IMG/VR virus record: IMGVR_UViG_3300045999_002339
Coordinates: 1 to 38,222 of that record
DNA: 38,222 nucleotides
Strand: one strand, 5' to 3'
From: a virus
Taxonomy: Duplodnaviria; Caudoviricetes
Positions within the stretch are counted from its first letter, which is position 1, and each line of letters opens with the position of its first letter. Positions 8,224 to 16,004 of this stretch are shown in pieces. The notes under the pieces were generated by a model, which was not told where the DNA came from, searched no databases, and saw only the letters and a program-made list of their open reading frames with translations. A program made the translations under genes and the position numbers.

Positions 8224-9177
8224 ATGAACGTCTTTTATCTCGACAGAGATCCAGAAGCTGCTGCTAAGATTATGCACGACAAGCATGTCGTGAAGATGAT
8301 TCTAGAAAGCGCTCAAATTCTCAGTACAGTGTGTCATCGCCACGGCCTGTGGCAAGAGAATATGTACAAGCCCACGCATCCACGGCACCCCAGCGTGCTG
8401 TGGGCGGGAGATGGGCTGTACAACTTCACGTGGCTGGTGACGCACGCCCGCGCTTTGGCGGCTGAGTACGCTTACCGCTACAGCGGTAAGGAGCATCGCA
8501 GCTTAGAAATCATCTATCGTGCTGCGGCAGCAGGCAGGGGAGCTGGAATGCCCCTCCTGTGGACTGAGCCACCGCAGGCTATGCCAGACGAGTTCAAAAT
8601 TGCCGGTGACAGCGTTGCTGCTTACCGAGCATACTACCTGGGGCGGAAGGTAGAGCAAAGTAGTTGGACACGCCGCCCCGTGCCAACGTTCGTTTTAGAA
8701 GGAAAAGCCAACATGGCTAAGAAGAAGCAAGTGGAGTCCGTTGAGACTTCTACCTCCGCAGCGGCAGACGCACCGGCTGCACCCAAGAACGCACCGGGTG
8801 CTCCCGTGGGCGCTCGTGGCCCCAAGGGCGTGGCGCTGGACGCCATTATCAGCCTCAAGGTTGAGGGCAACCCCAAGCGTCCGGGCAGCAAGGCGCACGA
8901 CGCATTTGCGCAGTACGTGGACGGGATGACGGTGCAGCAGTTCCTTGACGCCGTAGGCCAAGCCGCCACCCCCAACCTCGTGTACGATGCCGCGCACGGC
9001 TTTATCGCCATTGAGGGGTACGACCCCAAGCTGGTGTTGAAGAAGGAGCGTGCCCCCAAGGCAGAAAAGGCTCCTAAGGAGCCCAAGGCCCCCCGTGGTA
9101 AGAAGGCCAAGGCCGCCACCGCTGAGGCAGCCCCTGCCTCCGTTGACGACGTAGCGGTTGAAGAGACCATCGACTGA
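8224..9177 (+). CDS. DenV-like (pyrimidine dimer DNA glycosylase family) domain fused in frame to a Lys/Ala/Pro-rich putative DNA-binding domain
   Basis: MNVFYLD.DP..AA....DKHVVKMILESAQILST, YKPTH..HP, PPQAMPD..K..DSVAAYRAYY; C-half NPKRPGSKA..F..Y.DGMTV with KAPK repeats. Confidence 0.75.
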   Translation: MNVFYLDRDPEAAAKIMHDKHVVKMILESAQILSTVCHRHGLWQENMYKPTHPRHPSVLWAGDGLYNFTWLVTHARALAAEYAYRYSGKEHRSLEIIYRAAAAGRGAGMPLLWTEPPQAMPDEFKIAGDSVAAYRAYYLGRKVEQSSWTRRPVPTFVLEGKANMAKKKQVESVETSTSAAADAPAAPKNAPGAPVGARGPKGVALDAIISLKVEGNPKRPGSKAHDAFAQYVDGMTVQQFLDAVGQAATPNLVYDAAHGFIAIEGYDPKLVLKKERAPKAEKAPKEPKAPRGKKAKAATAEAAPASVDDVAVEETID

Positions 9178-9965
9178 TGGCCATGGACGTCCTTATTCCA
9201 ACATACGGGCGTCCACAACAAGACAGGCAGCATACCCTCCGTGCTCTTAGAGCCGAGGGCGTGCTGCCTGTTCTAGTTGTGCAGCACCGTGAGCACACTC
9301 AGTACGCGTGGTACGACGGGCCCGTGCACGTGCTGCCGCCGCACATCCAAACCGTAGCCCCCACACGGGACTACTTGATACACAGCGATATTTGGAAGGA
9401 GCGCTTTGTTGTCATGCTTGATGATGACCTGCACTTCTTTGCCCGCCGCGTGGACGAACCCACCAAGTTCCGCGCCCTGGCACCGTTTGAACTGCGCCGC
9501 ATGCTAGATCAGATTGAGGGCAGGCTAGACCTCTACCCCCACGTGGGCATCGCTCCACGGGAGGGTGGCAACCGTAATACGGAACAAGTGATGCTCAACA
9601 CGCGCATCATGCGCGTGCTGGGGTATGACAGGCACTACCTCCGCACCCACAACATCACGTTTGCCCCCATGCCCGTGATGGAAGACTTCCACGTTAGCTT
9701 GCAGATTCTTAAATCTGGCAAGGACACGCTGGTGCTCAACAACTGGTGCAACAACCAAGCCGAGGGTAGTGACGCCCCCGGTGGCTGCTCTAGCTACCGC
9801 ACCATGGCGCTCCAGGCCGAGGCAGCGCATCTGCTTGCTGCGCTGCACAAGCCCTACGTCAGTGTAGTGGAGAAAGAAACCAAGACCGCTTGGGGTGGTG
9901 GCACCCGTACCGATGTAGTGGTGTACTGGAAGAAAGCGAGACAGCATGCTGCATCTAACGCATGA
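9177..9965 (+). CDS. GT-A fold glycosyltransferase, TET/JBP-associated (TAGT, GREB1/base J glucosyltransferase-like)
   Basis: IPTYGR, VMLDDDLHF, VMEDFHVSLQIL..G, APGGCSSYRT and V.WKKA motifs; TGATG coupling. Confidence 0.75.
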   Translation: MAMDVLIPTYGRPQQDRQHTLRALRAEGVLPVLVVQHREHTQYAWYDGPVHVLPPHIQTVAPTRDYLIHSDIWKERFVVMLDDDLHFFARRVDEPTKFRALAPFELRRMLDQIEGRLDLYPHVGIAPREGGNRNTEQVMLNTRIMRVLGYDRHYLRTHNITFAPMPVMEDFHVSLQILKSGKDTLVLNNWCNNQAEGSDAPGGCSSYRTMALQAEAAHLLAALHKPYVSVVEKETKTAWGGGTRTDVVVYWKKARQHAASNA

Positions 9966-10770
9966 ACTTGCCTACTGGATAAACGAGCGCCACCGCATCA
10001 AGCTCGCCAAGGAGGCAAAGGACACTCCACCGTGGAGCAAGGACCCCGTATTCAACACTGTGCGGTTCTGCAACGTACACCGGGAAGACGATAAGGTAAC
10101 CCGTTGGATCCGCAAGTATTGGAACCGTGGTACCGACCCCGCTTGGCGGTTTGTGGTGGGCCGCATGATCAACCTGCCTGAGAGCCTTGAGCAGTTGCTA
10201 TACTGTGACTTCCCCTGGCAGATGAAAGATGTGCTGAAAAAGCGCGTTGCCCAGGGACACAAGGTGTTCACCAGTGCGTACACCATCAGTACGTGTGGGC
10301 GCAGCATGGATAAGCTGGACTATGTATTTGATCATGTTGTGGGCGGCACCCCTGCAGAACTTAACTACAGTGGGCTGTCCTACGCTGCCGCTAGCTTGGA
10401 AGTTGTAGATGGGCTGGGCAGTTTTCTAGCAGGGCAAGTGGTTGCTGACATGAAGAATACTCACGGCCACCCCCTGCACGACGCACCTGATTGGTGGACA
10501 TGGTCAGCGCCTGGGCCGGGTAGCCTGCGGGGGTTGAGCTGGTACTTCAATAAGGAGGCAATGCTGAACAATATTCAATCAATAACTCCTAGAGAATACA
10601 GGCACGCTCTGCGTGCTTGCAGGCATGAGGTTGACCCACTTGTGCGGCCAGAGGTGCCACGCATTAGTGACCAAGACTTCCAAAACTGCTTGTGCGAGTT
10701 CAGCAAGTGGTGCAAGGTCAAGTACATGAACGGACATGTGAGGAACAGATATGATCCACTCCATAACTGA
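9946..10770 (+). CDS. 5-hmdU DNA kinase helical-domain family protein (aGPT-Pplase1)
   Basis: WINERH.I...K....PPWSKDP.F...RFCNVHREDD.VT.WI, G.G.FLAGQVVAD, PGPGSLRGL and QNCLCEFSK motifs. Confidence 0.8.
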   Translation: MLHLTHELAYWINERHRIKLAKEAKDTPPWSKDPVFNTVRFCNVHREDDKVTRWIRKYWNRGTDPAWRFVVGRMINLPESLEQLLYCDFPWQMKDVLKKRVAQGHKVFTSAYTISTCGRSMDKLDYVFDHVVGGTPAELNYSGLSYAAASLEVVDGLGSFLAGQVVADMKNTHGHPLHDAPDWWTWSAPGPGSLRGLSWYFNKEAMLNNIQSITPREYRHALRACRHEVDPLVRPEVPRISDQDFQNCLCEFSKWCKVKYMNGHVRNRYDPLHN

Positions 10771-11725
10771 AAACAATGTGAACGATGCGTTTGACTCCGC
10801 GTGGCATTACCTGAGCGTTGCTGGCGTGGAGGAGCCCAGCCGTAACGGACCCGTTATGGTTGCCCCCACCCCGGTGGTGACTACCTACCTGCGCCCCATG
10901 GAGCGGGTGTTGTTCAGCCCCCGGCGCGACGCCAACCACGTATTCCACTTGATGGAATCTATTTGGATGCTGGCTGGGCTTAGTGACGTAGAGTGGCTCA
11001 GCCAATTCAGCAGCAACATCAGCACCTACGCGGAGCCTGACGGCTACATCCACGGGGCGTATGGAGCACGCTGGCGCAACTGGTTTAATGACGGCATGTA
11101 CGACCAACTGCCCGCCATCATCAACATGCTGCGCACCAACCCGCAGAGCAGACAAGCCGTGTTGCAGATGTGGGACCCCACCGCGGACCTGGAAGGCGCG
11201 TGGCGGGACAGACCCTGTAACACCGCTATCTACTTTGACTGCCGTGGCGGCAAGTTGAACATGACGGTGACCTGCCGCAGCAACGACATTTTGTGGGGCT
11301 GCTACGGAGCCAACGCCGTGCACATGAGCGTGTTGCAGGAGGTAATTGCTCACGCCGTGGGGGTGCCCGTGGGAGTGTACCGGCAGTTCAGCAACAACTG
11401 GCACGCCTACACAGACAACGACAAGGTTAAGGACTTCCTGCGCTATCCGCCCGTGGGAGGCTTTGACTACTACGCGGCAGGCAGTGCAGTGGCGCTCCCA
11501 CTCATCTCTGGCAAGGAAACGTGGCAGCACTTCCTCGATGACTGTGAGCGGATTGTTAACGGGTTCCGCGCCATGGACACGGTTTTCATGGATAGGGTGG
11601 CTGCGCCCTTGCGTGATGCGTACCTGGCCCGTAAGACTGGCGAAAGTTACGACATCAGCAACGTGCCAGAGTGTGATTGGAAGTTGGGTTTTCAACAGTG
11701 GTGTGAAAGGAGAGAGATCAAGTGA
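10751..11725 (+). CDS. Thymidylate synthase homologue, probable dUMP hydroxymethylase
   Basis: SRNG, GAYG.RW, SRQAVLQMWDP, catalytic PCN, RSNDILWG.YGAN (Asn indicates dUMP specificity), NNWHAY. Confidence 0.85.
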   Translation: MIHSITENNVNDAFDSAWHYLSVAGVEEPSRNGPVMVAPTPVVTTYLRPMERVLFSPRRDANHVFHLMESIWMLAGLSDVEWLSQFSSNISTYAEPDGYIHGAYGARWRNWFNDGMYDQLPAIINMLRTNPQSRQAVLQMWDPTADLEGAWRDRPCNTAIYFDCRGGKLNMTVTCRSNDILWGCYGANAVHMSVLQEVIAHAVGVPVGVYRQFSNNWHAYTDNDKVKDFLRYPPVGGFDYYAAGSAVALPLISGKETWQHFLDDCERIVNGFRAMDTVFMDRVAAPLRDAYLARKTGESYDISNVPECDWKLGFQQWCERREIK

Positions 11726-12189
11726 GCGCAAATGAGAAGCAAGTGGGCGGAGACCATTACCGCACGCATGGGCAGAAGCTCCAGCATTGGGACTTGGCCG
11801 TCATGTACCAGTGGGACCCCTTCCAGTATCAAGTCACCAAGTACCTTATGCGCTGGAAGCACAAGCACGCCACGTATGAAAGGCGACTTGAGGACTTGAA
11901 GAAGGCTGCGCACTTTCTGCAAAAGTACATCGAAGTTGCCGAGCAGTACGACGCGCCCCAGCCTGTAGAGAGCAAGGAACTGGGCACGGTGCCCGTACCC
12001 ATCCGCCAGCAGGCTGCTGAGATCCTTAGCAATGACGACTGGCAGTGCGAGGGCTACTACGGCGACCTCACCCAGCACTACCGTTGCAGGCACTGCGGCA
12101 CTATGGTACGGGCTGCGACGCTAGAGGACGCCCACCAAGCCCACGGCGCGTGCCCTACTGGGCAGGGCTACGTTAACCAAGGCGACTAG
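11722..12189 (+). CDS. DUF3310 (T7 gp1.7-like nucleotide kinase) with a C-terminal Cys/His extension
   Basis: QVGGDHY...KYLMRWK.K.....EDLKKA.HFL; tail CEGYY...CRHCG...HGAC. Confidence 0.8.
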   Translation: MSANEKQVGGDHYRTHGQKLQHWDLAVMYQWDPFQYQVTKYLMRWKHKHATYERRLEDLKKAAHFLQKYIEVAEQYDAPQPVESKELGTVPVPIRQQAAEILSNDDWQCEGYYGDLTQHYRCRHCGTMVRAATLEDAHQAHGACPTGQGYVNQGD

Positions 12190-12201
12190 CGTCGTACGGG
12201 C

Positions 12202-12246
12202 TAGGGGTTTACCCTACTGTGCTTAGATACCAGCCCCTGCCACAAT
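12202..12246 (+). promoter_or_regulatory. Putative promoter, copy 3: TAGGGGTTTACCCTA plus -10-like CACAAT
   Basis: Motif at 12202-12216, CACAAT at 12241-12246 (24 nt gap); intergenic, upstream of two small ORFs and the heptose genes. Confidence 0.6.
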
Positions 12247-12277
12247 GGGGGCACCCCAACAACCAACCGGGTGTTAG

Positions 12278-12526
12278 ATGAAGACATATCAGGTGTACTA
12301 CATGCGGCGGCACATCCCCCCTGAGGGGAGCGTGCACGTTGCAGCAGAACGCATGGGCACGGTGCAGGGTGCCTCCCGCCGCGATGCCCTAGCAGCCGCC
12401 AAGGGGCTATTGCCAGCTCTCAAAAATCACGTTGCAGTGGAGATGATAGATGATAGATTTCAACCCGTTCCGCAAGCCAAGCCCGTTGCGTATCGCAGCC
12501 GCCGCGTTGGAGGAGGCCGAGCGTAA
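12278..12526 (+). CDS. Hypothetical protein
   Basis: ORF directly after promoter copy 3; no recognised motif. Confidence 0.55.
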   Translation: MKTYQVYYMRRHIPPEGSVHVAAERMGTVQGASRRDALAAAKGLLPALKNHVAVEMIDDRFQPVPQAKPVAYRSRRVGGGRA

Positions 12527-12668
12527 CCGGCTGACAGCCGTAGAGCAGCGAGAGTACTATTCCGCAATGGAAGAAATGCTCATTCGCCGCATTGCTCGCC
12601 TGCGCCGCGAGGTAGTGCAACTCACACAGGAGGCCGAGAATGTCAAAAAAGATTCTAGTGGTGGGTGA
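12450..12668 (+). CDS. Small coiled-coil hypothetical protein
   Basis: GGAG SD; FRKPSPL.IAA..LEEA...L......EY....RIARLR pattern seen in small phage proteins. Confidence 0.65.
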   Translation: MIDFNPFRKPSPLRIAAAALEEAERNRLTAVEQREYYSAMEEMLIRRIARLRREVVQLTQEAENVKKDSSGG

Positions 12669-13551
12669 CAGCATGCTGGACGTGCGCATTGACTGCGAGG
12701 TCACGCGCATAAGCCCAGAGGCACCCATCCCCATTTACGACGTAGACCACGAACAGTGCTACGCCGGAGGCGCTGCCAACGTAGCCCTAAACATCAAAGC
12801 CATGGGCGGAGACGTCAAGCTACTCACCGCTGTGGGGGAGGATGTAGCTGGTACATCTCTACTAGATATTCTCACGGGCAGTGACCTGCTGTACCAAGAC
12901 TGCCCGGTGGAGCGCACCACTACAAAGACGCGCCTGTTTGTCAACAACGTGGTGCGTGCCCGCATTGATGAAGACCACATACTCAGCGAGCCAGAGGCTG
13001 AGCGCATGAACGACGCGCTCAACGATCTGTTTGACGAGTACGGTGTGGTCGTATTTAGTGACTATGGTAAGGGCGCTCTGCGGCATGTAGACGCAATGCT
13101 TGACGCGTGTGCCTACGGGCGCATCACATTGGTAGACCCCAAGGGCTCCAACTGGGGTAGGTATGAAAATGCCACCTACGTCAAGGCCAATGCGGCTGAG
13201 GTGGAGGCGGTGGGTATGTCACAGTACAGAATACCAGCGGAGCATAACTTCGCCAATTTGATAAAAACAGCGAGCGGCGCTGGGTCAGAAATCATTGGCT
13301 GCGTCTCGTGGACCGATACACGCCATGTTCCGCCCCTGCCCGTGCAGTGTGTTGACCCCACTGGTGCCGGCGATAGCTATTTGGCTGCTCTGGCGGTGGG
13401 TTTAGCAGAGGAACTACCGCTGTACGACGCCTGTTTGCGTGGTAGCGTGGCCGGTGCCCTTGCAACGCGCCACGTAGGCACGGCTGTGATTACTCGAGAG
13501 GAGATTGAAGAATGCTTGCCAAGATTGTTGAACAGCACAACTCAGCTGTAA
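12640..13551 (+). CDS. hldA: D-glycero-beta-D-manno-heptose-7-phosphate kinase (HldE/RfaE domain I, PfkB family)
   Basis: ILVVGDSMLD, RISPEAPIP, GGAANVALNI, TTTKTR, SDYGKG, VDPKG and VDPTGAGD motifs; GGAGG SD. Confidence 0.92.
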   Translation: MSKKILVVGDSMLDVRIDCEVTRISPEAPIPIYDVDHEQCYAGGAANVALNIKAMGGDVKLLTAVGEDVAGTSLLDILTGSDLLYQDCPVERTTTKTRLFVNNVVRARIDEDHILSEPEAERMNDALNDLFDEYGVVVFSDYGKGALRHVDAMLDACAYGRITLVDPKGSNWGRYENATYVKANAAEVEAVGMSQYRIPAEHNFANLIKTASGAGSEIIGCVSWTDTRHVPPLPVQCVDPTGAGDSYLAALAVGLAEELPLYDACLRGSVAGALATRHVGTAVITREEIEECLPRLLNSTTQL

Positions 13552-14066
13552 GTGCTCTGCTGGAGCAGGAAAACACCATCAACGCGATGGCACAGGTGCT
13601 GATCGATTGTATTGCTCAGGGTGGCACCATCTACCTGTGTGGCAACGGTGGCAGCGCGGCGGATTGTCAACACATTGCGGCAGAATTGGTGGGCCGCTTT
13701 AAGCGGGAGCGGGGCGGCTACGCCGCCGTGGCGCTGACTACAGACACATCCATACTCACCGCTGTGGGCAATGACTACGGATTTGAGTCAGTGTTCTCCC
13801 GCCAAGTGGACGCGCTGGCCTGTGAGGGTGATGTGCTGCTGTGCTTCAGCACCAGTGGCAACAGCGCCAATGTGGTCAACGCAGCAGAGATTGCCGGGGC
13901 GCTGAGCGTGACTGTGCTAGCATTCACTGGGCGCAACGAGGGAGCGTTGGGGCGGGTTGCCGACCATGCCTTGTGCGTTGACAGCACAGACACCGCACGT
14001 ATTCAGGAGTGTCATATTCTAGTGGGACATATTCTTTGCCAGATGATTGAGGAGGCCTTGCAGTGA
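13512..14066 (+). CDS. gmhA: Sedoheptulose-7-phosphate isomerase
   Basis: CGNGGSAADCQHIAAELVGRF..ER, NDYGF..VFSRQV, STSGNS and TARIQECH motifs. Confidence 0.95.
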   Translation: MLAKIVEQHNSAVSALLEQENTINAMAQVLIDCIAQGGTIYLCGNGGSAADCQHIAAELVGRFKRERGGYAAVALTTDTSILTAVGNDYGFESVFSRQVDALACEGDVLLCFSTSGNSANVVNAAEIAGALSVTVLAFTGRNEGALGRVADHALCVDSTDTARIQECHILVGHILCQMIEEALQ

Positions 14067-14494
14067 ATGCCCGTGTTTGGACTAATGGATGCTTTGACCT
14101 ACTACATGCGGGGCATGTCATGTTCCTTGAACGTGCGGCCAAACTGGGCACGCTCACCGTATTCATGAACAGTGACGCAAGCGTCCGCGCTTTGAAGGGT
14201 ACCCACCGCCCCATAGTACCCGAGGCCTACCGCCGCCGCGTGCTGGAAGCTCTCCGCTGCGTGGCGAACGTACACATATTCAACGGCCCTAACCCCGTTG
14301 ATTACTGGAGCACGCTGGGCACAATACCTGACATCTATGTAAAGGACAGTGAGTGCGACGTTGCTCACAGCGCCGAGGGGCAGTGGCTGCTCAGCAGGAA
14401 CGTAGCAGTGACTGTACTGCCCCGCGTGCCAGACATTAGCACCACCATACTTGAGCGTCGCATCCGTGGCGGAGAATCGAGCAGCATTTCTTGA
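14063..14494 (+). CDS. hldC: D-glycero-beta-D-manno-heptose-1-phosphate nucleotidyltransferase (HldE/RfaE domain II)
   Basis: TNGCFDLLHAGH, NSDASVRALKG..RP, C-terminal RVPDISTT; GTGA coupling. Confidence 0.92.
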   Translation: MNARVWTNGCFDLLHAGHVMFLERAAKLGTLTVFMNSDASVRALKGTHRPIVPEAYRRRVLEALRCVANVHIFNGPNPVDYWSTLGTIPDIYVKDSECDVAHSAEGQWLLSRNVAVTVLPRVPDISTTILERRIRGGESSSIS

Positions 14495-14966
14495 CAGGGA
14501 CGGAACCCTAATACGGGACGTTCCCTACTTGAATGACCCCACGCAAGTAGAACTACTGCCGGGGGTGGTACCTGCTCTACGCAATCTAATTGATTGTGGA
14601 TACCTGCTAATCGTAGTCACCAATCAGAGCGGCATTGGCCGATGGCGGATAACCAAGGCGCAGTACACTGCGGTGCACCGCCGCATGTTGGACTTACTGG
14701 GGCAGCACGGCGTGTACATCACGGCTGCGTACTACTGCCCGCACACGCCAGACGCTGGCTGCACTTGCCGCAAGCCTGGAACCGCCATGTTTGAGCGCGC
14801 AGCCCGTGATTTTGACATTGACTTGGCCGAGAGCCTAATGTTTGGAGATAAAGAAAGTGACATGGTGCCCTGCGTTGGTAAGTGTATCCGTGTGCCAAAA
14901 GACGGCTCCTGGGCCGCGTGGTACCGCCCCCGCTACCCTAGCCCTACCCCACCTGCAAAAACGTAG
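14466..14966 (+). CDS. gmhB: D,D-heptose-1,7-bisphosphate phosphatase (HAD family)
   Basis: FLDRDGTL, VTNQSGI, Zn site YCPH....CTCRKP, GDKESD. Confidence 0.92.
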   Translation: MAENRAAFLDRDGTLIRDVPYLNDPTQVELLPGVVPALRNLIDCGYLLIVVTNQSGIGRWRITKAQYTAVHRRMLDLLGQHGVYITAAYYCPHTPDAGCTCRKPGTAMFERAARDFDIDLAESLMFGDKESDMVPCVGKCIRVPKDGSWAAWYRPRYPSPTPPAKT

Positions 14967-15020
14967 CCACGGGGCTTCTGATAGGTCCCATGGGCATGTG
15001 CCAGCGGTGTGGGTGGCTGC

Positions 15021-15257
15021 ATGAGCCTAGTAACGCCGGTTTGCGTGTACCTTGCCACTCACCCAGGCAGCGAACTTACCTCACAAGAGATTGCACTACG
15101 CTGGAGTGTAGACCCCAACAACGTCAACAAGACGCTCAAGTACGCGGAGGTTAAGGGGTGGGTTACTTGTACGAAGCGGCCTAACCCCACCCGCGCCACC
15201 AAGCAGATATTGTTCTACTCAGCAGGGCCCAGACTACTCAAAGAAATTGGCCGCTAG
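15021..15257 (+). CDS. Small winged-HTH-like DNA-binding protein
   Basis: ELTSQEIALRWSVDPNNVNKTLKYAEVKGWV helix-turn-helix and wing pattern. Confidence 0.55.
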   Translation: MSLVTPVCVYLATHPGSELTSQEIALRWSVDPNNVNKTLKYAEVKGWVTCTKRPNPTRATKQILFYSAGPRLLKEIGR

Positions 15258-15616
15258 TACGACCACACCGTCGGCTGCGTGCGCAGATCCAGGTGGATAA
15301 ACCGTCCCGCGCCTTTCTGCTGCACGCCGATGCCGGTAAAGCCCAAGTGCATCGCCAAGCGCAGCAGCTCATGTGCGTCAGCGCCCTGCACGCCAACGTC
15401 GCAGGCCAAACCGGTGGAGTGCATCCCAGGCTCGGCCTTGGCCTTCTCCACCGGATGGTCAGGGCAGCGGTAGCCGCTGGTGATGGTCATGGGGCGCTTG
15501 TAGACATCCCGCAGTGCCTGAAGCCGGCCCATGAACTCGGGCCGCATCTCCTGCTTGCCGCAGTGGCGGCAGCGGAACTCAGCCTCGGTGAAGTTGGGGT
15601 AGTCTGACCAGTTCAT
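15254..15616 (-). CDS. Endolysin, peptidase M15 family
   Basis: NF...EF.C.HCG, ITSGYRCP.H, H-x6-D (MHSTGLACD) and FIHLD motifs. Confidence 0.9.
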   Translation of the reverse strand: MNWSDYPNFTEAEFRCRHCGKQEMRPEFMGRLQALRDVYKRPMTITSGYRCPDHPVEKAKAEPGMHSTGLACDVGVQGADAHELLRLAMHLGFTGIGVQQKGAGRFIHLDLRTQPTVWSY

Positions 15617-16002
15617 TTGCGCATTGCCCCGGCAACGCTGGGGGCGATTTTCTCAACGCTGCGGCCGACGACATAGCCGCCAAGGCCGAACTCGACAATG
15701 CTCCAGAGCTTGAGGTATTCAGCCTCGGAGAGATTTGGCGCAGCCCAGCCGAACCACCTCGCCACGATAAGGCCAGCGAAGGTCAGCATCACCACCGGGC
15801 GCCAGCTTGACGCCAGCCAGTTATCCGATGCAGCCTCTGCCTTGACGATGGAAGCCGCAGCCTGCTCCAGTTCGGTCTGCTTGGCCAGCAGGGCCAGCAT
15901 CATCTCAGACTCAGCCTTGGCCTTCGCCTCGGGATCTGGGAACAGGTTACCTGCCACGCGTGACAGGATGGGCGCTAGGGCCGGGATGAGTGCTTGCAGC
16001 AT
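15613..16002 (-). CDS. Holin, 3-TM (GTA-type) family
   Basis: PDP..KA, AEA.S..WL..SWRP, hydrophobic helices, LGGY..GRS.EK; adjacent to the endolysin. Confidence 0.8.
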   Translation of the reverse strand: MLQALIPALAPILSRVAGNLFPDPEAKAKAESEMMLALLAKQTELEQAAASIVKAEAASDNWLASSWRPVVMLTFAGLIVARWFGWAAPNLSEAEYLKLWSIVEFGLGGYVVGRSVEKIAPSVAGAMRK

Positions 16003-16004
16003 GT

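Noticed and set aside
10751-11725. Ordinary ThyA or T4-type dCMP hydroxymethylase
   Set aside because: The RSND..WG...AN pattern and the 5-hmdU kinase neighbour favour a dUMP hydroxymethylase; the specificity residue is Asn, not the Asp of dCMP enzymes
10718-11731. Long antisense ORFs (also 2907-3734, 19986-20903, 21335-22180, 34929-35915)
   Set aside because: Shadow frames of well-supported genes in GC-rich DNA, with no motifs or RBS
12640-14966. Heptose genes as a contaminating bacterial LPS locus
   Set aside because: They overlap a phage-type ORF upstream, are followed by an HTH and the lysis genes, lack hldD/waa neighbours and look compositionally like the phage core; only read-level data could exclude a chimera completely
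15254-15257. Convergent arms meeting at a shared CTAG that provides both stop codons
   Set aside because: Real but a common compaction feature; no terminator or other signal seen
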